DNA of 36,176 bases from an uncultured Methanosarcinales archaeon (GTDB lineage Archaea > Nanobdellota > Nanobdellia > Woesearchaeales > CAZYIM01): contig CAZYIM010000004.1 in the NCBI GenBank assembly GCA_964647565.1, positions 1 to 36,176 on the forward strand, written 5' to 3'. Below the pieces are notes generated by a model, which was not told the DNA's origin, did no database searches, and saw only the letters and a list, made by a program, of their open reading frames with translations. The stretch's first letter is position 1. Every line of letters begins with the position of its first letter. Position numbers and translations under genes: made by a program. Positions 1-8,730 of the stretch are shown here, one piece after another.

Positions 1-5
1 ATTCT

Positions 6-2288
6 ATGTTTAAGTGGGCTTTCATTGATCTTTATCTTACTTCAAACTGGTTTATCAAATCCCCTTTTTCAAATAGCATAAAAAATCTACTAAAAAGAAG
101 TTTCACCAAACTGAGAAATGACAAAAGGTTGCCGGGTTGGGCAAAGTTTGAAGCTTTGGAATCTGAAGTAGATAATTTATTTCTTCCGAATCTTGAAGTT
201 AATATCCTTGGAGAAACTTTAAAAACAACCAATCCAGTTACAATTAGAGAGCCTAGAAGAACAATGCCAACACCCACAACTCCCCGCGCTGCTGTACTTA
301 ATGCTATTAGAGAGAATACTAGACGTAGATTTAGGGAGGAAGAGGCTAGAGGTCCTGCTGTGGGCGATGGCGCAGATACCCTTGCTGGTAAAGTTGTTAA
401 TAAAGCTACTGCTTTCGCCAAAGTTGCTCCGCCATTAGCAGCGGCGGTTGCTGTCAAGAAAGCTATTGATACCAAAGAACGGTTTAAGGATTGGAGAGCT
501 CAAAGAAAGCAAAAAAGTGAGGCAAAAGCATCTGTGAAGGCTGCTCGTGCTGAGATTAGGGATAGACGGGAAGCTTTGGATTTGGAGCATGATAAGGTGG
601 CTAAAGAGCGAAAAGAGCGGATAAAGGAACTCAAAAAAGGCACTGGTGCTTTCAGTAAGATGAAAGCCAAGTACAAGGGATTTAACGAAGGCTTTAAGGA
701 TTCTAGAAAGGACAGGAAGGAGGGTAATGATGCCTTGTTTGGCATCAAAGCCTACAAAGGGGATATGGAGGTGGGTGAAGGTCCTATGCTCATATTCCTT
801 CTGATGTGTATTGCCCTTCATTTATATGATGTGCTGCCTGGACTTAATGGCTCCATCAGGGCATTTCCTGACTCCGTCTTATACTTACTTATTTTGTTGA
901 CTATATTTGGAATCCTGTTCTTCAGAATTCACTTAGATCAGGAGGAGGCCGCAATATTCATAGGAATATCTGTTGCGGCATATGTTGTTGCACTTCCTTA
1001 TCATTATATCACGGGCACTAGCGGCATCATGAGAGGTCTTATACGGGGTATAGCCCTTTTTCCTATCTGGCCTGCAGCTATAGGCTTTTGGTTGAGAGGA
1101 GTCTCAAAAGGGGCTGGTACTTCTGAAAACCTGGCAAGACTTTATACTGTAATATGGGTATTTATAATCATAGGAGCTTTTATTGCTGGTTCAGCTACAA
1201 CTGGTGATTTAGGCAAAGGTCCTTTTGAAGGTGTAGGATTTGGACTGAAACAATTCTTTGCGAACATCAGGCAAGGTGCAGTTGATCTGCCTGGCGCCAT
1301 TAACAGATCTATTCACATGAACTTGGGCACCTACTACGAAGGTGAGGTTGAGGACAATCAGAATGAACCGACCGGACTTACGCTAGAGAATATACGTGCT
1401 GCAGACAGCAAATTCTTTACGCATATCCCGATTGTGCTATGGTTCGATGTCAAGGGGCAGAGTTTTAAGAGCTATATGGATGTTATTAGCTGGTGTAAGA
1501 CCCAGGATGGAATTTTAGGTGTGATTGATCCTCCTGAACCTATTCAGATTTATTTCTACGAGCAGCAGACCATTGAATGCAGATTCGAAGCGCTACCCAA
1601 GGATTTCCACACTATCCAAGTAGGAGCTTCATTTAATTTCGAGACCTGGGCATATCTTAAGTATACTTTCATGGATAGGGAAACATTGTTGAGTATGTAT
1701 TCACAGAATAAAGATGTCCATGGTGATTTAGAGATTGACAGAATTCCTAGGGCGGTCTATACTAATGGGCCTATCTCTATTGGTATGCTTTCTGTAGATC
1801 AACCAATAGGCATTAACGCTGAAAATATTAATATTCTGCCAACCTTTGGTATCTCTTTGACTAGCAGAGATGCAAAGGGATCAATAGAAAGAATAGATGC
1901 TGTAGAAGTGATAATTCCAAAAGAGTTGGCTTTCAAGAGATGCGATCATCCTTATGATTATCCCGCCACAGTTAAGTCTGCAGACGATTATGAAGGAGAG
2001 CTTTCTGATGATGGGCTCTATAGGATTTATAATTTTTCAAAAACTTTCAAGCAAGCTATGCAAGGAGGTCAACTTAGGCATTTTGATGATATTTCCCTAA
2101 CCTGTAGATTAGCTATAGCGGGTGGTAAGGATAATGAAGAAACCCAAAAAACCAATGCTGCTGAGTTATTAGGTCTTGGAGTAAAATCAGAGAAGACTTT
2201 TGCTGTCAAGGCCAAGTACATATACTTGTTGGAAGACGAGATTAATATCCAGGTATCAGATATGGATGAACTTTACGGAAGGAGCTAA
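6..2288 (+). CDS. Large membrane protein: basic helical N-terminal region, about 5 TM helices, C-terminal beta-rich domain distantly paralogous to the three downstream lipoproteins; start uncertain (frame open to the window edge)
   Basis: 760-aa ORF. K/R/E-rich stretch about aa 100-245, hydrophobic segments about aa 260-400. C-terminal motifs GLTL..., FNFETWAY, TNGPISI, TCRL, AKYIYL parallel motifs in the downstream ORFs. Confidence 0.75.
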   Translation: MFKWAFIDLYLTSNWFIKSPFSNSIKNLLKRSFTKLRNDKRLPGWAKFEALESEVDNLFLPNLEVNILGETLKTTNPVTIREPRRTMPTPTTPRAAVLNAIRENTRRRFREEEARGPAVGDGADTLAGKVVNKATAFAKVAPPLAAAVAVKKAIDTKERFKDWRAQRKQKSEAKASVKAARAEIRDRREALDLEHDKVAKERKERIKELKKGTGAFSKMKAKYKGFNEGFKDSRKDRKEGNDALFGIKAYKGDMEVGEGPMLIFLLMCIALHLYDVLPGLNGSIRAFPDSVLYLLILLTIFGILFFRIHLDQEEAAIFIGISVAAYVVALPYHYITGTSGIMRGLIRGIALFPIWPAAIGFWLRGVSKGAGTSENLARLYTVIWVFIIIGAFIAGSATTGDLGKGPFEGVGFGLKQFFANIRQGAVDLPGAINRSIHMNLGTYYEGEVEDNQNEPTGLTLENIRAADSKFFTHIPIVLWFDVKGQSFKSYMDVISWCKTQDGILGVIDPPEPIQIYFYEQQTIECRFEALPKDFHTIQVGASFNFETWAYLKYTFMDRETLLSMYSQNKDVHGDLEIDRIPRAVYTNGPISIGMLSVDQPIGINAENINILPTFGISLTSRDAKGSIERIDAVEVIIPKELAFKRCDHPYDYPATVKSADDYEGELSDDGLYRIYNFSKTFKQAMQGGQLRHFDDISLTCRLAIAGGKDNEETQKTNAAELLGLGVKSEKTFAVKAKYIYLLEDEINIQVSDMDELYGRS

Positions 2289-2293
2289 AGAGG

Positions 2294-4972
2294 ATGAGTA
2301 GATTACTATTAGTTGTCATACTATGTGTTATCTTAGTGTCAGGCTGCAATGAGGATCGTTATAATATTAGGGATATCAATTACTACGAAGGTGACGATGG
2401 CTTGGTCATGGAGTTCTTAGAGAATGCGCCGCCTACTGAAGTATATGAGACCTCTGAGTTCCCAATAAAGATCATGATCTTTAACAAGGGAGCTTTTGAT
2501 GTCATTAATAAGAATCATGCAGAGCTGACTATGACCTACGATGGATTCTATCTTGAGGAAGCTGATTCACAGGGATTCAAGTCTTTTTTTGGAACAGATC
2601 CCGATCTGATCACTGATAACCCTGACTTTATCAATCTTACTGGAAAATCACCGGCATATCCGAATGGCAATTTTATGCTTTTTTCTTTAGGCAGTCTTAA
2701 AGCCAGCACTATCAAAGGAACACGGGAGATGCCAGAAACATCTATCTCACTTAATTTATGTTATCCCTATAATACGACCATGGTGGATACTGTTTGTGTT
2801 GATACCAATCTCTATAAAGAGAATCTTAGGACTCAGGTTTGTGAGGCTACTGATCTCAATCTAAGAGACCAAGGGGCTCCAGTTGCAGTCAAGCAAGTCG
2901 AGGTTGAGATGCAGCCTGTTGCAGGTATGGTCAGACCTGTTTTTGTAGTCCATGTTGAGAATGTAGGAGGTGGTAACTTATTGGCTCCAGGAGAAAACTG
3001 TTTGCTTCAATCCAAGAAGAGAAACTCTTGGAACCAGGCCAATATTAGTGCATATCTTTCGAATATAACCTTGGATTGTTCTCCTAAGAATATAAGATTG
3101 ATTGAGGATGAAGGATATACCCGCTGTTATGTGCCGAATGATGCCTTGATATCCGGGATTGATAGTTATATGGCATCAATTACTGTATATCTTAACTATG
3201 TTTACTTGAATACAATTTCAAAGGAATTACAGATCAACAGGGTAAGCAGTTTTGACTTTACATTCAGGGATTCATTTGAATGTGAGTCACACCAGGTTAA
3301 GGATCCTGTCGACGACAGGTGCATGAGCAAGTGTGAGGCCTGCGCCAGATTCCCTGAGCATGAGATGTGTCAGATGCTTGAAGTGCCTATTTCATCAGGC
3401 TTTGCTTGTGTATGTAGCGTAGAGCAATGCTCGAATCTTAAGAATGATAATCGTTGCACATTTGAAAATGTCTGTGCTCCAGGCAGCTACTGCTGTTACA
3501 ATGATGATGTATTGACAATTGAAAAGAAGAGGCCTTATGGAATCAATAAGAGGGATAGTGTGGCTTTCTTCCAGATAACTCCGTTCCATCCTGGCTGTAA
3601 GATATCCTACAATATTGATGCTGGTCAGGATATTAAGTTTGGAGCTGAACAGCACTATACGGAGCCAGTCTTTGATACGCAGCCTGGTGATGATCACTAC
3701 CTTGAGGTCAAGATGGCCTGCGGCCATATCACTGGAAGCAAGAGGGAATATTGGTCTGTTGAACAAATGGGAATCCATGTGAGTGCTGGCACTGTAACTT
3801 TTGAGAATGAGAAGAAAGCTCAAAGTGATGGTAAGGAATATCCCCTTAAAGTGAGCGGCATATTCAATGGAGACGGCACAACATGTGTTGATAATGTTTA
3901 CACTTTGGAGATTGAGAGCACAGAAGCTGAACTCAACAACTATATTAAAAGAAAGATAACAGATAGTTATGATAAGAAGTTAGCAGACTGGAAGATGAAG
4001 ATCTTTGATAAGCTGCAGCAATTGGCTTTAAGAGAATGTGTGACCATTGCCAAACAGCCAGTAACTCGAGATGAGCCAACAAATCCAGGGCCTCGAGACA
4101 TTCCTTTGCAAGACCCATCTATATATGCAGTTGCAAATTTATTGCCTTCAAAAGGATTTTTATACAAGACTGAAAACATAGGCAATATTGGACCAATAAC
4201 TTTGAGAGTATACTTATGGGAACAGTGGGTAGATAACAAGCTTTATATCGCTAAATATTATCATTATCCTATGGGCCAGTATCAACCAGAGGTAGGCAAG
4301 AAACAAGAACTCAAATTTGAGATCCAGATAAAGGATAAGGATGGCAAAATCATACAAGATTTAAAAGATTGGGATCTGAACGGATTTGAGAACGATGATC
4401 CTCCAACAGACGAATGGATTTACCTTAATGGAAAAAAACTATTTACAGCGCATACTGATGGAAAACCTGGCGGCCCAATTACTATTACACAATTAGCAGC
4501 AGCCAATCAAGAATTACAATCCACATTGACAGATCTTAGGAACAGAATCTACAAAAAACATTCCAGTCCGCAAGAGGCCAGCATTAGAACCCTGTTGGCT
4601 GCTTTGGTGGAAAAACTTAATTTATTACCCTTTGGACATGATTGGGAAGATACAGCTAATGACAAGCAATACATACTTTCTATGAGACAATCAGGCAACA
4701 ATCCTCACTATTTTGATTTCAAGGTTAAACAGATTTCATCTGGTAAAATCCTGATGGAATTCAAGGATTATGGCTTTGATGGTTTTAAAGAAGATTCATT
4801 CAAAGACAAAGAACACGCGAGTGGTGAAGCGATAAACACAATCCTTGCCAGCAACACTCAAAGCAATAAAAATACCAACTCTGCCTGGAGTGTTGATGAG
4901 CGACGACAGATAAATAGTGCCTATGCAACTGCAATAGCTGCTTTCACAACATATTATAAGAGCTTAAGCTGA
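2294..4972 (+). CDS. Predicted lipoprotein/surface protein: conserved core, Cys-rich domain and long C-terminal extension
   Basis: Signal peptide with lipobox-like VSGC. Core motifs GLVMEFLENAPP, CYPYNT...VCVD, QGAPVAV, NVGGG, YLNYVY. 12-Cys segment at 3281-3496. GAGG just upstream of the ATG. Confidence 0.85.
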   Translation: MSRLLLVVILCVILVSGCNEDRYNIRDINYYEGDDGLVMEFLENAPPTEVYETSEFPIKIMIFNKGAFDVINKNHAELTMTYDGFYLEEADSQGFKSFFGTDPDLITDNPDFINLTGKSPAYPNGNFMLFSLGSLKASTIKGTREMPETSISLNLCYPYNTTMVDTVCVDTNLYKENLRTQVCEATDLNLRDQGAPVAVKQVEVEMQPVAGMVRPVFVVHVENVGGGNLLAPGENCLLQSKKRNSWNQANISAYLSNITLDCSPKNIRLIEDEGYTRCYVPNDALISGIDSYMASITVYLNYVYLNTISKELQINRVSSFDFTFRDSFECESHQVKDPVDDRCMSKCEACARFPEHEMCQMLEVPISSGFACVCSVEQCSNLKNDNRCTFENVCAPGSYCCYNDDVLTIEKKRPYGINKRDSVAFFQITPFHPGCKISYNIDAGQDIKFGAEQHYTEPVFDTQPGDDHYLEVKMACGHITGSKREYWSVEQMGIHVSAGTVTFENEKKAQSDGKEYPLKVSGIFNGDGTTCVDNVYTLEIESTEAELNNYIKRKITDSYDKKLADWKMKIFDKLQQLALRECVTIAKQPVTRDEPTNPGPRDIPLQDPSIYAVANLLPSKGFLYKTENIGNIGPITLRVYLWEQWVDNKLYIAKYYHYPMGQYQPEVGKKQELKFEIQIKDKDGKIIQDLKDWDLNGFENDDPPTDEWIYLNGKKLFTAHTDGKPGGPITITQLAAANQELQSTLTDLRNRIYKKHSSPQEASIRTLLAALVEKLNLLPFGHDWEDTANDKQYILSMRQSGNNPHYFDFKVKQISSGKILMEFKDYGFDGFKEDSFKDKEHASGEAINTILASNTQSNKNTNSAWSVDERRQINSAYATAIAAFTTYYKSLS

Positions 4973-4998
4973 TAACCTATAGCTTAGTAATATTCAGA

Positions 4999-5080
4999 GG
5001 TAACATCATTTGCGCAGAGGTCAGGTCTCCTGACCAGGTTTTCTTTGAAAACCGCTCTGCCTGCCTATGATGATGTTGCC
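4999..5080 (+). other. Y-shaped (three-way junction) folded element in an intergenic region; function unknown
   Basis: P1 GGTAACATCAT 4999-5009 / ATGATGTTGCC 5070-5080 (one G-U on + strand). P2 GCAGAG 5014-5019 / CTCTGC 5055-5060. Hairpins GTCAGG-TCT-CCTGAC 5020-5034 and GGTTTTC-TTT-GAAAACC 5037-5053. Confidence 0.6.
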
Positions 5081-5112
5081 GTAATAAATGAATGGACACG
5101 TCACCCAACAGT

Positions 5113-5128
5113 AAACTTTATATATAAA
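5113..5128 (+). promoter_or_regulatory. Archaeal BRE/TATA promoter for the 5147 gene
   Basis: AAACTTTATATATAAA, with the TTTATATA core about 23-30 nt upstream of ATG 5147. Confidence 0.55.
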
Positions 5129-5146
5129 GAAGACTAGGTTTTAAAA

Positions 5147-6433
5147 ATGAGAGTGAGGAAGTTTTCAATTGGGATATTCTTAATTCTAGCTATGTTTATT
5201 ATAACTAGCTGTAACACTCATATACCAGGGGGTACAGATAGACCCCGAGATCCTAAATATGAAAAATATTTTATCGGCAATGAAGGCGTAAGAACCCAAT
5301 TTGAGGGCAACAGTCCACCTTCAAGAGTGTATTATTACTTAGGTGCTGATAGGCCAGAAAACACCTTTGAGATTGTTGTTAGGCTTAAGAATGAAGGATC
5401 TGCTTTTTCCCATGGTGCAACCTTTGTGTCTGGCTTTGATCCATATATGTTTCACGTTGAAGGTGTGCTTTTAGAGGGCTTCTCTTTTAAAGACTGTGTC
5501 TTTGATCTAAGGGCAAACCCTGTCGGTGGTTTGATGTCGATGCTTAACTGTCCTGGACTTGCAGCAGGTAATTACTATAATTCTAATAACTGGCAGGTTG
5601 GTTTCGACAATATCCTTGAGCATTTTGGATGGAACAAGACATATTTCAATAATTTAGGTATTAACTTCGGTCAATCTGGAAGCGAGCCTTTTATCACATT
5701 TGATCTGAACAATCCCGGCATTAATATGGATATTTTTAAACACGGCAAAATGTTGATATCTGCTTCGGCTCCAATTATAGGCTTATTAGAATCCAACAAT
5801 GGCAAACCTTACATGATTGAAGCAGACTCGTATGAATATCCAGGAGGCGGCCTTCATTACGAGACTGTTCCTGTCTGGATCAAGAACTGGCCTCAAGGCT
5901 TAGATGAGACTGACCAGACCTTTTTGATTACCAATTGTTACCTTTACACGACTTACGCAGATCCCATAGTCTGCATTGATCCAGATCCGTTTTCAATGCA
6001 AGAAAAAGTATGTCGGCCTGGGCAGGTCAAGATGGCTAACACCCAGGGAGCTCCTGTTGCCATCACAGCAATATATCAGGAGAATACGCAGCATAAGGTT
6101 TTCTTTACAATTGATATCAAGAATGCAGGCCCTGGTAGGATATTTTACTATAATCACCTGAACAGGTGCAGCCCTTACTATCACGGCCGCACCACCAGGA
6201 ATGACATTGATGTTGTATATGTTGCTTTTGCAAGGATAGGCGACACCATGTTGGATTGTGTTCCCCAGGATAGGTTTGTAAGATTACTTGATGGTGTTGG
6301 TACTATCACCTGCACTTATGATCTTCAGTATGCAACTGCAGGATCCGCATATAAGACTCCATTGATAATGGAGCTATGGTATGGTTATGAGGATACTATT
6401 CGAAGAAATGTGCACTTTAAACGTGTGACATAA
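5147..6433 (+). CDS. Predicted lipoprotein/surface protein, paralog of the flanking ORFs, with an Asn/Gly/aromatic-rich insertion
   Basis: Signal peptide with ITSC. Motifs GVRTQFEGNSPP, LKNEG, CYLYTT...VCID, QGAPVAI, KNAGPG, LWYGY. Confidence 0.85.
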   Translation: MRVRKFSIGIFLILAMFIITSCNTHIPGGTDRPRDPKYEKYFIGNEGVRTQFEGNSPPSRVYYYLGADRPENTFEIVVRLKNEGSAFSHGATFVSGFDPYMFHVEGVLLEGFSFKDCVFDLRANPVGGLMSMLNCPGLAAGNYYNSNNWQVGFDNILEHFGWNKTYFNNLGINFGQSGSEPFITFDLNNPGINMDIFKHGKMLISASAPIIGLLESNNGKPYMIEADSYEYPGGGLHYETVPVWIKNWPQGLDETDQTFLITNCYLYTTYADPIVCIDPDPFSMQEKVCRPGQVKMANTQGAPVAITAIYQENTQHKVFFTIDIKNAGPGRIFYYNHLNRCSPYYHGRTTRNDIDVVYVAFARIGDTMLDCVPQDRFVRLLDGVGTITCTYDLQYATAGSAYKTPLIMELWYGYEDTIRRNVHFKRVT

Positions 6434-6467
6434 TGACAAAGAAAGATAAAAACAGGAGGTTTTTAAC

Positions 6468-7406
6468 ATGAGAAAAATAATGGTTTTGGTTATTGCATTG
6501 GCATTTATACTGGCTGCTTGTTCAGGTGGCGGTTCAACTACGGGTAATACAAGGGCCTTTCTTGGAGGCACCGCGGGTCTTATAATCAACTTTGTTGAAG
6601 GAGAGCCTCCCACAGAGGTTACAGATGGAGATGCTTTTCCGTTTACAATCGCTATCCAATTGGAGAACCAGGGGGAGAGTGATATAGCTAAGGATGATGT
6701 ATCTGTAAGCTTCAAGGGCTTTGATGCTGTACAGTTTGCATCGACAACAGCTGCCCTGACAAACATCAAACCTAGTGAAGAAATTATGGCTGCTGACATC
6801 AATCCTGATACGGGAGCAAGGATACCTTCACCGCCTGTTTTTGTGACATCACCTGAACTTAACTATAAAACTTTCTTGAGCGGTAATAAAGAGTTTCCAG
6901 TAGTGGCAGATGTCTGCTATAAATATACCACTCAAGCAACTGCAGATATCTGTATTAAAGAGAATCTACAAGACACCTTAGATACAACTGTCTGTACGGT
7001 TTTGGGTGCTAAGGAGATCCAAAACTCAGGTGCTCCAGTTCAGGTTGCGTCTTTTGAAGAATTCTCTGCTGGCCAAGATGCAGTATCATTCACATTTACA
7101 GTGAAGAACATGGGTAATGGAGAGGTTTATACACAAGGCAGTACCTGTAATGATGCAACTAGGGCAGATGAAGACAAGGTCTATATCGAGGTTGATACGG
7201 GCTTATCAGATCCTTTGGCTTGTCAAGGCTTGGGCGATGGAACAAAAGGTACAATTAAACTTTCAACAGGACAAAGAATTATCAGATGTACCCAGCAAAT
7301 TACTGACAAGGTTGACAAGATCAGCGTGGTGACAATTAAGCTGACCTATGATTATTTAGAGTCAAAAGCAACATCTGTGCTGGTAAAACACGTAGGAGAC
7401 AACTAA
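6468..7406 (+). CDS. Predicted lipoprotein/surface protein, minimal member of the paralog family
   Basis: Strong SD (AGGAGGT) upstream, lipobox LAAC. Motifs GLIINFVEGEPP, LENQG, CYKYTT...ICI, SGAPVQV, KNMGNG, LTYDY. Confidence 0.88.
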   Translation: MRKIMVLVIALAFILAACSGGGSTTGNTRAFLGGTAGLIINFVEGEPPTEVTDGDAFPFTIAIQLENQGESDIAKDDVSVSFKGFDAVQFASTTAALTNIKPSEEIMAADINPDTGARIPSPPVFVTSPELNYKTFLSGNKEFPVVADVCYKYTTQATADICIKENLQDTLDTTVCTVLGAKEIQNSGAPVQVASFEEFSAGQDAVSFTFTVKNMGNGEVYTQGSTCNDATRADEDKVYIEVDTGLSDPLACQGLGDGTKGTIKLSTGQRIIRCTQQITDKVDKISVVTIKLTYDYLESKATSVLVKHVGDN

Positions 7407-7416
7407 TTTCCTTTTT

Positions 7417-8382
7417 TTATTCTTCTTTATTTTTTAGAACGAACTTACTTAGCAGAGCTTCTAGCTGGATGAATTCATCACTTCCTTCTACCATCCGAAA
7501 TTCTGCATCTCCACAATCCTTAGTCATCTCAAGCTTGATCCTGTCATCTATCTCCAGATGCCAGATCTCCTTTTGAATTTGCTTGATTATGTCAAGACCA
7601 GACAATCCATAGTTGAGCATAGTATCCAGCAACTTGTCCTTAGCTTTCAAGAAGTCACTTTTCACACAGAGATCAAGCACTTCCTTGACCTCTTTTGGCC
7701 TAGCCATGCTAATGACATCATAGATGGTTTTTTCAGAAATGTGATCGCTTATTACAGCGCAGCTTTGAAGAATATTCTCCAGTTTTCTGCAATCCCCTTC
7801 ACAGACCTCAAACAGTGCATCCTTTGCGCCTGCATCAATATTCAATTTCTCTTTTTTAGCAATAGTTTCAATGATTTCGAGGATATTTTCTTTTGCCAAA
7901 GGCTTGAATCTGAAAACAGAACATCTTGACTGGATAGGATCGATGATCTTGGATGAATAGTTGCAACTGAGGATAAACCTGCACGTTTGCGTATAGTTTT
8001 CCATAGTTCTCCTTAGAGCTTGTTGGGCCTCTCTTGTAAGGGCATCACATTCATCTAGATAAATAATCTTAAACGGTACATCCCCAAAGGCTTTAGTCCT
8101 GGCAAAATCCTTGACCTTAACCCTGATGACATCTATACCTCTTTCATCCGAGGCATTCAGTTCAAGAAAATTTTCTCTCCAGTCGTCGCCAAAAAGCTTT
8201 CTGGCTACTACTAACGCCAATGTGGTCTTCCCAATGCCTGCAGGTCCTGCAAAGAGAGTATGAGGCATGTTTTTTTTCTCGACAAAGGCCTTAACTCTTC
8301 TTACTATTTCCTTTTGCCCTTTTACTTCTGAGAAATCCTGAGGCCTGTATTTTTCAGTCCAGATAGTTATCTCCTCAACCAT
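7417..8382 (-). CDS. rfcS: Replication factor C small subunit (clamp loader)
   Basis: WTEKYRP, Walker A GPAGIGKTT, LELNASDERG, Walker B LDECD, SRC motif. No intein. Start placed at ATG 8382 because a TATA-like TTTTTAAA lies about 25 nt upstream. Confidence 0.97.
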   Translation of the reverse strand: MVEEITIWTEKYRPQDFSEVKGQKEIVRRVKAFVEKKNMPHTLFAGPAGIGKTTLALVVARKLFGDDWRENFLELNASDERGIDVIRVKVKDFARTKAFGDVPFKIIYLDECDALTREAQQALRRTMENYTQTCRFILSCNYSSKIIDPIQSRCSVFRFKPLAKENILEIIETIAKKEKLNIDAGAKDALFEVCEGDCRKLENILQSCAVISDHISEKTIYDVISMARPKEVKEVLDLCVKSDFLKAKDKLLDTMLNYGLSGLDIIKQIQKEIWHLEIDDRIKLEMTKDCGDAEFRMVEGSDEFIQLEALLSKFVLKNKEE

Positions 8383-8466
8383 AGCAGATGATGAATTTAG
8401 CACGGTTTAAAAAAGTTGTTATTGAATGTAGAACTCTCTAAATAATGATTAAAATTAACTGAAGAA

Positions 8467-8730
8467 TTATACTATATCTTCTTCGGCAACGACCATATAA
8501 TCTCCCATTGCAATGACTGCACTAAAAGGAATGAGTACCTCGCCTTCTTTGGTCTTTTCAAGTTCTAGCTTCTCAGTATATGCAGTAGGGTTTTTGAGTA
8601 CTAGATGGATAAGTTCTCCAGAACTAGTTTCAAATACTATATCACCCACTTCTCCAAACTTCTTTCCTGTCTTTGAAACGATTGTTTTTCCTATTAATTG
8701 TTTTGAAAACTTTTTTTCTTCCTCACTCAT
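8467..8730 (-). CDS. PRC-barrel domain protein (CdpB-like candidate)
   Basis: 87 aa with LIGKTIVSKTGKKFGEVGDIVFETSSGEL...IPFSAVIAMGDYMVV, a typical PRC-barrel pattern. GGTGG SD upstream. Confidence 0.88.
   Translation of the reverse strand: MSEEEKKFSKQLIGKTIVSKTGKKFGEVGDIVFETSSGELIHLVLKNPTAYTEKLELEKTKEGEVLIPFSAVIAMGDYMVVAEEDIV

Noticed and set aside
32..821. Minus-strand ORFs 32-475, 435-821 and 500-748
   Set aside because: Antisense shadows of the long + strand ORF with no recognisable motifs. The same applies to the many short ORFs opposite rfcS, pan, fen, gor and others.
4970..5080. Selenocysteine read-through of the ORF2 TGA with a SECIS-like structure
   Set aside because: TGA is immediately followed by in-frame TAA, and the fold does not show the archaeal SECIS pattern.
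4999..5080. tRNA, SRP RNA or C/D sRNA identity for the folded element
   Set aside because: No T-loop or anticodon arm and no SRP helix-8 GNRA motif. The only CTGA within the element (5030-5033) lies upstream of the ATGATGA, the wrong order for a C/D RNA.
4300..5090. Diversity-generating retroelement target (variable C-terminus followed by a hairpin)
   Set aside because: No reverse transcriptase, no template repeat differing at adenines and no recognisable C-type-lectin terminus in this window. A remote DGR cannot be excluded, but nothing here supports one.
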